Source: Eledone cirrhosa (taxonomy: Eukaryota). Taken from it: a stretch of DNA of 64,000 nt. The stretch is from contig OZ024742.1 in NCBI GenBank assembly GCA_964016885.1, forward strand, positions 76,012,001 through 76,076,000, in the 5' to 3' direction. This document shows positions 1 through 15,420 of the stretch, piece after piece. How positions within the stretch are numbered: the stretch's first letter is position 1; each line of letters opens with the position of its first letter. The position numbers were made by a program, and so were the translations under genes. The notes beneath the pieces are model-generated. The model was given only the letters and a program-made list of their open reading frames with translations. It ran no database searches and was not told where the DNA came from.

Positions 1-100
1 ATCTGAGGCTGCAGGTAGTGGCTTGATGTTCATTTGAATAAACTTTCCAGTTAAGTATTATCAATGATAAGACACCAAGAATAACAACAACAATAATAAT
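1..100 (+). mobile_element. 3' terminus of an R4/Dong-type retrotransposon with (AAC/AAT)n tail
   Basis: ATCTGAGGCTGCAGGTAG...ACTTTCCAGTTAA...TCAATGA matches the 3' ends at 35530-35610 and 41742-41830. Confidence 0.8.
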
Positions 101-310
101 GCTTTCTTATTTAGGCACAAGGCCAGCAATTTTGGGGCAGGGGGAAGTCGATTAAATCGACCCCAGTGTTTGACTTGTGTTTTATTTTATCGATCATGTA
201 ATGATGAAAGGCAAAGTTAACCTCGGCGGGATTTGAACTCAGACCATAATGGATGTAACTCTATGCTGCAAAACATGGCGTCCGGCCATCTAACGATACT
301 GCCAAACCAC
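101..310 (-). mobile_element. tRNA-derived SINE, family 1 (long form)
   Basis: Minus strand has A-box TGGCAGTATCGTTAG, B-box GAGTTCAAATCC, central GCCTTTCATC...GATAAAATAAA block and an AGAAAGC(ATT)n end; at least 8 other copies in the window. Confidence 0.85.
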
Positions 311-948
311 TAATAATAATACAGTTTCTCTAATACTTGGGCAAAAACATTACCGTATTCTCGAGAAGGTAGATTAGAATAAGTCTGAAGGTCAAAAAGA
401 ATGCGGGTAACCATACAATTGAACTGCATTTTTCTCTGTTCGACTCTCATCTAACATCGCATTTACAATGACTACGCTAAATTGTGATCTAAAAACGTGC
501 GCATAATATAATCTGGAGCTAGATAAGTGAGACATTTATATGCCGACAGCTACATCTGATAACTGCAGCAATTATAATATATGTTGGTATACTAGGTCAA
601 AGGATTTCTTTTTTTTTTGTTTATAGTAACCTTCCCTTCTTTAGACATAAGAATCTTTTATCGACACAAGGAGATAACGTTAAATACTTTCATTGAATAT
701 ATCTCCATCACATAGACATGAGTGGCATTCAATATACTAATAGTCAAACTGAATATAGGCGGTTCCTTTATAAGATAAAACGAATAAATACTTCTCTGGG
801 TTGAGAAGATATACTGAAATAACGAGAATGAGAATAATCGTTGTACAGTAGAATGACATACATTGCAGCATACCATTTTTGTATCTCCCTTTTCATTGTT
901 ATTTATATCTCTCTCAATTTATATCTCAATCCATGTAACCCACTCCGT

Positions 949-952
<4 letters not shown>

Positions 953-1002
<50 letters not shown>

Positions 1003-1032
1003 TCCCCCCTCTCTCTCTCTTTCTTTCTCTCT
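953..1032. repeat. (CT)n microsatellite
   Basis: direct reading. Confidence 0.95.
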
Positions 1033-1665
1033 CTTGTGTTCTCGGACATCTCATTTAATCTCTTTCTCAACACAGCCTTGAAATGTTGAAATATCAGCAC
1101 TATCTTCACCAGCTTACAGCTTTCATTATAAAAAAAAAACATTTCTATAACCTAAAAAAAAATTGGATGGTGATGGCAGGTACTACTATGAACATAGATC
1201 TATTGATAAAATCCTATCTGGAAGTAAACTACAATAGAAACAACAACGCGTTATATAAAATGCTGCTTTATCTGACACATTATGATATTTTACCCAGTTA
1301 ATGAAAATCAATAGATAGCACGGAGGCTAGCATTGTTCTCTGGATATAAACTAAAACGACCAGTATAATAGATGTCTACCCCTTTGAAAATATTTAAGAG
1401 ACCACAAAGATTTCTCCATGCTTTGTAACAAGCACATCTATCTCCATGGTGATGGAAAGTAAATCAATCGTGATAAAGAGGAAATAATAATTCGCCCAGC
1501 TGCGACTTTCTACATTCGAGATTCATATGCCACAAAGGAAATACATATCCCGCTATGGGAACATATACACATGCAATTACACAAGATCATTAACAATATT
1601 CTTATACTAATCTTGCCATTTCATGTGTGTATGTATACATTTATATGAATATGAAAATATATTGT

Positions 1666-1773
1666 ATATATATACATTCATACATACATACATACATACA
1701 TACATACATACATACATACATACATACATACATACATACAGACATACACACACATATATATATATATATATAT
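1666..1773. repeat. (TACA)n/(TA)n microsatellite
   Basis: direct reading. Confidence 0.95.
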
Positions 1774-2574
1774 CCTGAGAGAAAAGAGTATTCGATACAG
1801 AGTTTAAATACATATGCATACAAAGAATTATACATCAATTACTAATTTTGATCATTGAGTTTACACAGAGAGTTATGAGTTCGAAATTGGAATATCTGAG
1901 ATAAAAAGAAAATATACACTTACATTCAATAAATCTTTAACAATGGTGTCATATGTAAAATAAGGTGGGGGTAGATTGGGAAGTGTTGTCCCCCACCCAC
2001 TAGTAAATTTGTTAAAATTTAGGTGAATGTAATGCGGATGGGCCCAGTGAATTTGCCTACTCTGACAATGCTGCTGTTGGCTGGATAATTTTGAGGAGAG
2101 AGTCGCGCCCTGCAGGGATGGATGCTCTTGGAGTATAGCGTGGTTTAGAATTGTTGGCTTTCCCGAGTGCCCCTTAAGTAGTACTCCCGCAAATGGAGTG
2201 TTTCATTGTTATGTATATTATTTTCATCGGCTTTTACTTGAAAGTTGATAAACTCTCACTGTCCCTGTTTTTTTCTGTATTGTCCCCTATATATCGGTGC
2301 TTGTTGTAATAAACAAATTATTAATGTTGAATATGCAACAAGACGCATAAGTTATTAAGCCACATTGTAATTGGTTGCACCTATTCTGAAGAAAAAAGAG
2401 TATACGCGTCACCATGATTGTGTAGCTAGTGCTCTGCACTAGCACATATTGCGTTAACAGCAGTTTGAAATGAGTGACAAACAGTTTTAACACCGAGAAT
2501 AGAGTGATGTGGGAAATAACTGGTCCAAGGTACTTTAGGATATCACTTGACAATTATTAGTCACATTCTCAAAA

Positions 2575-2910
2575 GTAATTATGATTATTGACATAGCCAT
2601 TTCTGCTGACACGAGCGTGACCAACAAGGAACAATAACATATTAAAAAGTGCTTGGATATTACTGGGGAGATAAGGAAATCTCTTTGCTGTTGGTAAGTT
2701 AGGGACTATTAATATCAGAATAGAAAAAAATCATGAAAATTGAATGAATAAGAACTAATGTAGCGTTACTCCAAAAGTATACGTTACTGGGTACAGTATA
2801 GATCACGAGAAAGGTACCCTGGATCTCAGGAAACCATTTGCGACTCGAACCTAAGTACAAAAATTCCAATTTATTTGTACGATAACAACTGTATCAACTA
2901 AAATAAGAAT
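2575..2910 (+). pseudogene. decayed 3' end of an R4/Dong-type element (restriction-like endonuclease remnant)
   Basis: Partial translation IDIAISADTSVTNKE...LLQKYTLLGT resembles the C-termini of the elements ending near 35.5 kb and 56.7 kb. Confidence 0.5.
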
Positions 2911-3275
2911 GGTTTCTGATTTAGGAACTAGGCCAACCATTTTTGGGGGGAGGGGAAAGTTGATTAAATCGATCCCAGTTCCTTACTGGTGCTTTATTTT
3001 ATCGACCCCGTAAGGATGAAAGGTAGAGCTTACCTACGCGGATTCGAACTTACAAAACAGCCACAATAATAATAATAATAATAATTGTTTCTACTTTTGG
3101 CACAAGCCCAGCAACTACCCAGTACATTACTGGTACTTTATTTTATCGACCCCGTAAGGATGAAAGGCAGAGTTAACCTCGGCGGGATTTGAACTCAGAT
3201 CATAAAGGGCTGTAACTCTATGCTACAAAACATATATCCCGACGCCCTACCGGTACTGCCTATCCGCTATAATAA
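2911..3275 (-). mobile_element. two adjacent family 1 SINE copies (one truncated, one short form) separated by (AAT)n
   Basis: TTTTATCGACCCCGTAAGGATGAAAGG block occurs twice; B-box GGATTTGAACTC near 3186. Confidence 0.85.
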
Positions 3276-4570
3276 TGCCAATAATAATTGCTTCTACTTT
3301 TGGTACAAGCCAACCATTCGAAGGGAAGCCCATTAAAAACACCCCAGTACTTATCTGTTATTTCATATTACTGATTTTAAGAAGATGACAGCGAAGAACC
3401 CCTGATAACGTTCCAGACCTTATACGCTCCGTTGTGGTCTTTACCGGACCAAGCAGTGCAGATTCGTCTAACAGATGAACTGTGGAAAGACCTGTCTCAC
3501 AAAATATTGTTTTATATGCTTTGAGTTCCCAATAATACTTTCAAGCCTGCCTATAATTGTCTTTTGTGCAGGCATAATATCGATGACTAATATATCCTTA
3601 CTTTTAAATTAGATAATGTCTAATTTGAGAGAAACTTTCCTGATATATCTAGCAAGAAGTGATACAAAGATTTATCTTGTTTGTGTATATATCATTTTAT
3701 GAGGTCGGTTAGAGACGGGATACTTCATATATTCTGCGGATGTTTTAATAGATCAAATAAACGTGTCACATGGTGTTTTCAAATTGATTTGAATTTCTTT
3801 AAGGCAACAACATATCACTTAATTATATTCTTAAAGACAATTAAATAACACGGTGAACTTGTCATAAAGTATACAATTCTCCAAATTCGACATCATTCGG
3901 TCTCTTCTTTTCGATTTCTAAAATTGTGTATAATGTTATATTTCAGAATGTTACAATCAAATAAGAGGTTCGATACCTGTACACTTTCTTCTCCTCCCCA
4001 GTTGAGCATTACCTGACCTATTCAAATACAATGTATGATTAAATACTCAGTGCCTTTCACAAGAAAATCATAATCCCCCCTCCCTTTCTTCCCCAGTTCT
4101 CTCACCTGTCACTGGGTAGTTATTCTACTCTGCATTCTGTCCGTTTGTAGGTGGATTATATTTGTCCGTGCACTACTTTGTATTTATTTTTAAGAATCAT
4201 TATATTTTTATCATTATTCAATTTGTTGTAAGGTTGTTACAAGTCGCTTTGTTATTTCAATTACGAGTGAATTCACTTTCTGTTGTATGCGTGGCTTTCA
4301 TAATCTCACTCGTTGTTTCTAGTGAACAACTGTCATGTAGCTGTGTCAGTTGATAAACTACTGACGAGCATTTCTTGCTTTTGATTTCCCACCGGTTTTC
4401 CTTCATTATTTCGTCTATACCAGGAGCCGATTCCCCACGTACATCCTGGTACTCCTCTTATATTGTCCCTCTATGTATCTCATGTTATATAAACGAAGAT
4501 TCTAGATTCAGAATTTAGCTGTCTGTTTAAATTTGCTGCTATACAATATCTGTTATCTCCGTGATTTCTT

Positions 4571-4858
<288 letters not shown>

Positions 4859-4861
4859 CGA

Positions 4862-5563
4862 AAATGAAAATCCGAAGGTAAGGTAAAATTTCCAATCATT
4901 TTAATCACGACACGTTTCAATAAGAGATATACGATCGAGAAGCCATGATCGATTATCACTGAACTCGTCAGGTGAAAATGAATTGTCTTCAAATTCTTGA
5001 TATGAGGGAGAAAATTAGCAATGTTCACTCACAGAGATTATTCCCTCATATGAAGATCAAGCAGTCAAAATACGGCGACTGCTATCATCTTCAGTTAAGG
5101 TCATAAAACTATCAAGTTTCTATATCCCAATAGCTGCAGATCTGATGCTGTGTTGGTATGTGTATATATTTTTTTTTCTTTGACCTTGAGTCGGTGTGTG
5201 TGGGTGTTGAGTGTGTGTGTACCCACCCACATTAACTGTGACCGACTGTAATTCTGCAGATTTGATTTATGTCCAGTGTCCTTTGCAGCTATTGGGATAT
5301 AGAAACTTGATAGTTTTATGACCTTAACTGAAAGTGATAGCAGTCGCCGTATTTTGACTGCTTGATCTTCATATGAGGGAATAAACTATGTGAGTGAACA
5401 TTGCTAATTTTCTCCCTCATATCAAGAATTTGAAGACAATTCATTTAAACCTGACGAAATCAGTGATAATCTATTATGGCTTCACGGTCGATGTATCTCT
5501 TATTGAAACACGTGTCGTGATTAAAATGATTGGAAATTTTACCTTGTCTTCGGATTTTCATTT
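4862..5563. repeat. ~277-bp inverted repeat (arms 4862-5138 and 5284-5563), Penelope pseudo-LTR-like, with a hammerhead motif in each arm
   Basis: Arms are near reverse complements, and both give the same spurious peptide MNIANFLPHIKNLKTIH on opposite strands; CTGACGA...GAAAC cores. Confidence 0.8.
5437..5532 (+). ncRNA. type I hammerhead ribozyme motif with long stem II region
   Basis: CTGACGA 5451-5457, GAAAC-ACGT-GTC 5505-5516 (palindromic stem III, GUC triplet); flanks CAATTCATTT / AAATGATTG pair. Confidence 0.65.
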
Positions 5564-5710
5564 TGATACTAATACTCCGTTTTACATCATCTAGCTGTTC
5601 CGTTGAATTGAATTGGAGATATACAAAAGCGTGGAAAACTTAATATTGCTAACAAAAATGTATTGGAACGTTTTACACAACCAATAATACACCTTACTAT
5701 ATAACAACTA

Positions 5711-5712
5711 TA

Positions 5713-5789
<77 letters not shown>

Positions 5790-5790
5790 T
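5711..5790. repeat. (TA)n microsatellite
   Basis: direct reading. Confidence 0.95.
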
Positions 5791-6083
5791 TACATTTAGA
5801 TATAACCCAAACACAGCTAACTATTTCACATTTAAAATTACGTGTGTTTCATCCTTAATATTAAGAGCTCAATAATAGTTTCCTCAGAATCATATGAGAT
5901 ATAGTTGCCTTAAATATGACATTATGTACAAAAGGTACTGCACATTGATGTGATTTTGTTTATATTTAAAAGCAATTGCTTTTAAATATCATACAATATC
6001 ATACAGTATGATGCAGCGAAAACTACACCGGTAAGTGAATATTTCAGGACGTAAACACGTGTCTCATGTGATTCAACACTTCA

Positions 6084-6093
6084 ACACACACAT

Positions 6094-6179
<86 letters not shown>

Positions 6180-6201
6180 GTACACACGCGCGCGCACTCA
6201 T

Positions 6202-6252
<51 letters not shown>
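6084..6252. repeat. (CA)n microsatellite
   Basis: direct reading. Confidence 0.95.
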
Positions 6253-7077
6253 AATACTCTGTAGTGTAACCCTTCATTACTCGATCTCGTACCGTGAAAC
6301 AGTTCCCATAATTTAGATGATATATGTTTATCAAACAGACTTCAACATTTTTAACATACCACATAGATATAGCGACGTGTAACTCAAATTCTGCATATAC
6401 CCATAGGTGCTGTAGACTAATATTATAGATAGGTCACATCAATTAGCGCCAAGCCTAAGAGACAATCCTAGGCCTTTATCAGTTTCGATAACGAAGGTCA
6501 GACAAAAAACTCACGCATTACATAGGCAAAATGTAAACATAGTAAATAATTGATAACGTGTTAATTTAAAGTTCACCTGATGGATTTCATAAAGATATTC
6601 AGCACGTGCTTTAAATCCAAAGATCGTTCAGAAACATGATCGTGTAAAATATGGAAGCATTTTCTACCGCACCCTGTATATCTACATTCGTGTTGTTGTA
6701 AGGTGTCACAATACCTCTTTTTGTGGTACACGTATTTAGCTCTTTACACTTGTCTTTGCTGCTTTTTCAGTCAGTCGTAACTTATAGCGGCCTGTGCTAT
6801 CGATATTTGAAACGTTTTGATCACAGTTCGTTAATATTCAATACTCTTTCCTTTTAACTATTGTTGTGAAATGATATTGATGATCTCTTGTATTTGTTGC
6901 AGAATTAGGCATTATAGTTGGTTTATGATTGTTCGAACCTTTCCAATGAAAATTTTGGCGTCGGTCCTTTCAGTCTTCTTTGGGGAATTATGTTCACTTT
7001 GAGATTATAACATTGTTTGAGTGGACATGGCTTTTTATGTAAACGAGCACATTAATCGTCATTATTTATATGTTTGA

Positions 7078-7470
7078 GCTGATGGATTGGTAGTATCGGT
7101 ATAGGATCGGACGCCATGCTATGCGTCATGGAGTTACGTCCCTTTACGTTCAAATACCGCCGAGGTTAACATTGCCTTTCATCCTTACCGGGTCGATAAA
7201 ATAAAGTACCAGTAATGCACTATAATATTAGCTGGCCTTGTGCCAAAAGGAGAAACAATTATTTATATGTTTGAGGCTGTGGATTGGCAGTATCGGGAGA
7301 GGATCGGACGCCACGATTTGCAGTATACAGTTACGTTCATTTCCTGTCTGAGTTCAAATCCCGCCCAAGTTAACTTTGCCTTTTAACCCTACGGGGTCGA
7401 TAAAATAAAGTACCAGTAACGTACTGGGATATTTTGCTGGCCTTCTTCCAAAAGTAGAGACAAATATTTA
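7078..7470 (+). mobile_element. two tandem family 1 SINE copies (short form)
   Basis: Each has GGATTGG(T/C)AGTATCGG, GTTCAAAT, GGGTCGATAAAATAAAGTACCAGTAA and GCTGGCCTT. Confidence 0.85.
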
Positions 7471-8119
7471 TATGTTCTGATTAGAGTTTTCACGTTCGTA
7501 GCACTACTACAGTCGCTTTTAAGCATTTCTATTGAAAATATTCCTATTACGGATATGTTTGGTGGGAAATAGTCATCCATAAATGCTACATAATTATTTT
7601 ACCGTAATGAAATGTTACGCTTATGCATGAGTGTAACGCAAAGAGATCGTATTTCCAAGTCGACCTTTAGACTGCAGGTGTTAGGTTAGGTATGTATCTA
7701 GTCTTTTCTTTTAATCAAATATTAGTTGAAACGCTTTGATAATGCTTGCAGCTTTATCAAAAATCCATTTTTCTGGATGAGAGGCTTTAGATCATTGGAA
7801 TTATATGTTTGATTAGTTTCCCCAAATCTATTTATGGATAGTAGGAATGTTTGTATATATGTGTATCTCAATTGATTTGTAGGGGTTTTTATAAGAACGA
7901 CTATCGAGATTAACGTTGACATCTATATAGTAACTGGGGACACTGAATGAAGAACTCCAATTAGCGAATCATGCAGATTCAGTTTTGAAATAATGTTATA
8001 TCTATATATATCTATGTGTTATGTTAATTATGACATATAAACCCATCGATCAGGTTTAATCGACTTAGATATTTGAATGGGAGGACGGGAATAGAATGGG
8101 ATTTGAAGGGTGATATATT

Positions 8120-8981
<862 letters not shown>

Positions 8982-9429
8982 TGTGAGTATTTGCGTCTGT
9001 GTATGTACGCGTGTGTATGTATGTATATTTCCAAAATATAGAGGGTAATAAATAGAACTACTTTTCCACATGTATTGAGTTAAGCAAATAAGGCATGTGT
9101 GTTGATCTCTGTATATATAAATCCACAATCCAACATTCACGCATTTCCACTCATGTTTCAGGACCAAATTCCAGTGAACTTCATCGTTTCTATCTAAGTT
9201 CGGGTCTCGAAACGATTCAAGATCCACGAACGACATCCAATGATCCTTTGATCACGTGAGGATGTTGCAATTCACAATTTTCTGCTAGCTGTCGTTTATT
9301 GTCCTTTATCAAAATTTATTATATTTTAATTTAATGGTAACAATTTGAAGCTATATATATCCATGTTTATTTCTTTTAGTCTATGCTAGTTGTCTGGCAA
9401 AGAGATGTAGGATATTGTCGAGTCCAAGC

Positions 9430-10290
9430 TAGCTGATAAGCAGTGGGATTTTCGCCTCAGACATAGATCAGCCGATGAAATATTCTCATATGGCAGGTCT
9501 TCGAGGTATCGTGGGATTATTGCCAAGAGGTATAGTCTTGTTGACAATGCAACGGCATACGACCACATTCATCGAGTCCTTCTGTGGAAGGTACCGAAGG
9601 AGTATAGGATCAATGGTTAGATTCTCGTTGCCCTGATATCTCTATACAAATGCTTACGTATTACTGTTCGGATAAATTGTGCGTACTCTCACACATCCTT
9701 TTCATTATTTACATGATCAGGATGATAGGCGAGTGTAAATCAGTCGGCAGGAATATTGAGACGACATGGTGTTACTTAAATCGACAGAAGGTGATCTCCG
9801 ACTTGCACTTGATAGGTTTGATGTTGAGTGCGGCATGGCTGAAATGACAATAAGTGCTATGAAAACTGGGATGCTTATCCACTCAAGGAACCCTGCGCAG
9901 TGCACTCTACATTTGAATGGAGTTCCAATGAATTGGGTAGAGAAGTTCAAGTATCTCGGGACTGCGTTCACGAATCGTGGAATGGAAGCGTCTGAATTAA
10001 GTGCAAAAATTGTAGAATTGGGTGCAGTAATGATCCAGCTTCAGCATTCAGGAGTCATAGTCGTAAGTGAAAAATCCAAATCCGCTCTCTTCAATTCGCT
10101 ATTCGTGATGACCCTTAGCTTTAATCATGAATATTAAGTAATGACCAAATGAATACGATTGCGAATACAAGCTGCCGAAATGGGGTTCTTCCGAACAGCA
10201 TTTGGAGTAATGTTTCTCGACAGAGTGTGTAGCTCAGAGATCAGAAAGTCCTTCGAAGTACATACGCTACTTCTCCGCTCTATCCAAAGC
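9430..10290 (+). pseudogene. decayed RTE-clade-like LINE reverse transcriptase fragment
   Basis: AYDHIHRVLLWKV, ILFIIYM, LRLALDRFDVECGMAEMTISAMKT...VEKFKYLG; a second fragment lies at 20230-20468. Confidence 0.75.
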
Positions 10291-10814
10291 CACACAACGA
10301 ACTCTGAAACCATCTCATAGTCAGCAACAATGACTCTTGAGAAAAGAAGTAAGGCAAAATGTCATCTCCTTCGTTACTCACGTCTCAGCGAACAATCATA
10401 GTTGCTGGAAACTGTGTGTGAATGACCGTCGGAACGTCTTTAGGATCTCTGCACAATTATCTCTCATTCCTCTGACGTTGTTTCGGATACAAAATGTAAA
10501 CTGGCGAAATTATATTTGTAGGAAAGCATTATAATCTATAATGTACGAGAAGGTTTATAACATACATATAGTGATAAGAATAAATTGCAGACGTAGAAAT
10601 ATATGTAATGCACGAAATGTATGCTTTATGACGCATGTAAACATATTTTGTAGCTGCATATGGTTTAATATATATTTCACTATATACAGCGTCAAAAAAA
10701 CATTCGCACACACAAATGCATGCACACACAGACACATGCACCAGTATTTGCATGCATACATATATACAGAAAGTTCCCCCTCCGAGGTATGTATACGGGC
10801 AAGCTTGCTTCTGG

Positions 10815-11012
10815 AAGAGCATCAGTCACCCATGCATACCAGTCATCCTTCCTCGCGCAAAGGCCGATACAACTCATTTCTACAGCTGAGTAAACTGGAG
10901 CAACGTGAAATAAAATGTTTTTCTCAACGACACAGTGCGTCAAGCGGCCCGAGGATCGAACTCAGTACCTCATGATTGTAAGCACCACACTCTAACCACT
11001 AAGCCATGCCCC
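10815..11012 (-). mobile_element. tRNA-derived CORE-type SINE, family 2
   Basis: Minus strand: GGCATGGCTTAGTGGTTAG A-box, GAGTTCGATCC B-box, CORE-like GTGTCGTTGAGAAAAACATTTTATTTCACGTTGCTCC...CTCAGCTGTAGAAATGAG. Confidence 0.75.
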
Positions 11013-11139
11013 TTCGTACACACATGTATATTTATGTTTTATATAGGTGCGTGTATGTGAAGATATCCACATACCCACACACATATATATATATACCTAT
11101 ATTTATTTATGTCACTCTCTCTGTCTTTCTCTTTATCTA

Positions 11140-11303
<164 letters not shown>

Positions 11304-12095
11304 ACCGTGATTCCATGACATGTACATAGAGTAATGTAAAAGGCCATCCTGGTGGCGTTTTTGATTAACAACCCGTCCTCCAATAATTTCTCAATAAGTC
11401 TTCCTCCGCACAGAGAAATAATATAATATGATTGAGTTTTATGCCAGCAATGATAAAGTTGAAAATTACTACAGTATTGCTTGTCGACTCCAGAGATGCT
11501 AGAACGTATAGATTATGAGGAGGCAGACGTGATGGCATCATATATTACATTGAAATCCTGACCTATTTATTAGTTTTATGGATTTTGGCATGGTTGCAAA
11601 ATCTAAGCTGAGAACGGACCTGATACTATTATTAAACGTTTTTCGACTATCTGATTCATCTATATGCGCAATACAATTCCCTTCTATCTATTGGAATTGA
11701 TGCTTCATTATGAAGCAAAGAATTTCCGTTTTGGTATAATGAAGGATATTTCACATTAACTTTCTTTCGTCATAACTCATTGTATAACATAAGTAAGCGA
11801 GTCTCATTTATCAACCATTAAAAATATCTCTCCATACACAACTTTACTATATTTTAAGTAGCATTAACAAACCAGCAACATAATAGAAGAAAAGAAATCC
11901 CTCTCCAGGCAAACTAATATCGAGTTATGAATGTGCTAGAAGCATTTGTAATGTGAGTTCAAATTATCGGGTTTGCTATATAGATCCGTATTTTCTCAGA
12001 CTAGTTAAAATATATACTAGGAAGAAAACCTTCCTCACTATCTTCAATAAACTTCTACCAAATTGATTCTTCATAAAAAAACAACCTCGATAAGG

Positions 12096-12147
12096 TCTTC
12101 TTCTTCTTCTTCTTCTTCTTCTTCTTCTTCTTCTTCTTCTTCTTCTT

Positions 12148-12195
<48 letters not shown>

Positions 12196-12238
12196 TTACT
12201 ACTACTACTAATACTTCTACTACTACTACTAGTACTAC
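12096..12238. repeat. compound (CTT)n(CTA)n microsatellite
   Basis: direct reading. Confidence 0.95.
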
Positions 12239-12373
12239 TCGTTCCTTCTTCTTCCTCCGACAACAGCAGTAGTTGAATGACAGCAGTGTCGATAATGCTG
12301 GGCAAGGGAAACACGTGCAGCGTTACATGTTACCAATAGCACCCAGGAGCGAGCTGATATTATTATTATTATT

Positions 12374-12586
12374 GTGGCTGTATCGGTATGTATCGGACAA
12401 CATGCTTCGCGGCATAGATATACGGTACTTTACCTTCTGATTTCAAATCCAACCGAAGTTAGCCTTGCATTTCATCCTTACGGGGGTCGATAAAATAAAG
12501 GATCAGTAAGTACCGGGGTCGATTTAATAGACTTTCCCCTTCCACCCCAATTACTGGCAGTGTGCATACACCAGAAATCATTATTA
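12374..12586 (+). mobile_element. family 1 SINE (long form), preceded by (ATT)n
   Basis: diverged A/B boxes, GGGTCGATAAAATAAAG, GGGGTCGATTTAAT, AGAAATCATTATT end. Confidence 0.8.
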
Positions 12587-15420
12587 ACGATGTATAAAAG
12601 AACTAGGTAGGATGTCTGGAAAGGTGTAGACAATTTCATTCTGTAGTAGGCAGAGAGAAAGCCTACTCTGAACGGTGGGCCTCAATTCCTACGTCGCATC
12701 GTTGCTATATTATTGTTTGACAATCCAAACCCTCACTGAAACAAATCAATTTAGCAGCTCGTTACATTAGTCAGAAAATTAATCTGCTATTAACACTCAG
12801 TCCTTCGTGGCCTCACTATGATGGGAACCATCAGCAGCGGCTAATGAACCTGCAAAAATGCCTCGTGTACTGCAATGTCGATGACACGAAATTAAAGGAC
12901 AAGAAGTATAGTTGACTTTCTTTTATGCTGCACTTGTTTCCGTAACTCATCTCCGTGACCAAGCTTCATTCATTGTCCAAACACTATGTTAGGGCAACTG
13001 GTGACTAAAATGTTGCTTGCGCTTACGGCATTTTACTAAATGGAGAACAGGACCAGCGGCTGAAATACCCCGAGGTCAATTGACCAGGATTAAAAGAAAT
13101 GCACTGAAATTGAACAGTGTAATTGATATATATGTCTGCGACAACATTAAAGATATCAACACATTGATATCATAGCACTCTAATTCAGGAGTAAAACAAT
13201 TAAAAACGATTAAAAGAGATTTCGATGGAAAAGGAAATGGCAATGAAAGTTTGTGTTATTTTGTGCATGTATGTGTATCGGGAATTTGGTCTTTGTGTGA
13301 GAAATTATCTTGGTCTGTATTTATACGAGCAAATGTATATATGTAAGTATATCTACGTGCGTGCGGGTGGTGTGTGTTGGTATGGATGTCTTTCAAATCA
13401 AACTGAGCCGCCTGAGCACAACCATAATCTATCTTTTCATCATAAATTTTCGTGTGAAGTATTTGCTTAATTGTTCACACAGCCTGAAACAGATCCAACG
13501 GTATACCACACAGTGAAGGGTGCAGCATCTTGGCTGTGTCATAATAGAGAAAAAAACATATACGTACTAACATGTATTGCAAATATTGTTTAATATTTCT
13601 ACTTCTAATGAAATCATACACAAAAACGCGCACATACAGAGGTGAATACATGCATATATAATTTGTGTGATTTAAAAAATATATATACGGAGAGTGATTT
13701 AAAATTGATAGATGATTTTAGAATATACACCGAATCTCATTAATTAATTTCGCTTGTAGGTTATCTCTAAAGTCAGAGTGCAGTTATAAAGTACATCATA
13801 TTGCTAAAATAATACACTGACTATCAGTTTCAAACAAGTATATTGTAAAGAGTTTTAATAGAATAACTATTTTATATTAACCTTTCGTTACTTTAGAGAG
13901 AATCATTGCAGTCAACTTACATTACGACTTCTTTAGGAATATTTAAAATAGTAGCAATATAATGAATCGCTATCAACACATAACACCAACATTATCGTCA
14001 ACATATTTGTTAAAATCTTTAGTATTATTGTCATATATTTCAGATATGATGATATCGCGTCGTACTAAACTATAATATTATGTCCTATCATAATATACTA
14101 TGATATTTCGTCGTATTTATATTTATCTAATGATATATTTGACACGTTACACGTTACGGTGTAAAATGATATTAGAAACAAAGTAAATAATTACTCTAAT
14201 AGAACGTGGAAGAGATTTCAACGGTCACCTAAGTAATATCTTATAATTCATAGTACCAGTCTTCAGTTAGCTACCATCAGAATTAGATAAGGTTGATTTG
14301 AAATGTAGTAGGTTACACGCTCATCCGGCAAGATAGGAATAGATGGTTCATATCTCGTCAATTAGTCTGTTACAGTTTCAAACTGTGCTTTTATTGCCTA
14401 TGATTAATTTACATGAAAATATTATCTCAGCAGAATATTTAGTTATCTGTTTTACAGGGACATTTTCTAAAATGGGTGTCCACCTTACGCATTGCCATTG
14501 GGGATTCCACATATTACATATACACAAACTTTGTTATTACTCGCTTGGACGTGCCTGTGTGCGCATGTCACCAGCGCGTGTTGCTGTGTTCGCTTAAGCC
14601 CTATTGCTGGCATCATTGCGGAGTCCGATTAAAATGAATCGCAATATTTATTATAGCTACAATTTACAACCTATGTATACCCCTCTTAACGTTTGCATTG
14701 AGTACATCCTTTGTTGTTCGGTATTTGGTGCCTGCATGTTGTGGTGTATTGTGAGGTACTTTGGCCAATACTTCTTTAGTTCATTCCTAAGGTCTCCCAA
14801 CCACTTCAAAGTCATTTTCAACTGGCTCATTTGCTTCATTCGCCCCGCTTTCTACAGGCGCATTAGCCTGGTCTATTCCACTTTCCATTTCCAAGTTAAT
14901 CAATCTACTCAGTTGTTACGATTCCAATTCGCTTATGCAGCCATTAGTTCTTATTACATAACCTTGACTCGCTAATGTTTGTTCCCCTAATTCAAAATAA
15001 CCAACATTCCGAATGTTATGCATTCGTTGCCTATCGCCTTTCTTAAAGAGATCACTTTTCAGATATTATTCTATTACAGTTTTATTCAAAACCATCATCC
15101 AGATGTGCTCTTTTACCAGATGTTTCATGCTATTATCTATGAATATCGACTACTAATACAATTATTTTCATCGTTTGAAATTCTCATAATTTCAAAGTTC
15201 TATTTGCCTAGGGATTCACTAATTCGTAAAGTTCGTTTAATTCCGGCAACGCTCTAGCCCCAGGCTGTATAGTAAAACATATTAAAATAGACGGGAAGAC
15301 TTGTCAACCATTCCTTAGGTATTCGATAAATATGAAGCTCGATTCATTGGAAGCAGCCCTAACCACCTTCACACCTCAAGAGGCACAATTTTCTTAGTTA
15401 ATCACTTTAATGATCTACAG

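Noticed and set aside
14340-15350. Possible old LINE RT remnant on the minus strand
   Set aside because: Composition is suggestive, but no diagnostic motif can be read with confidence
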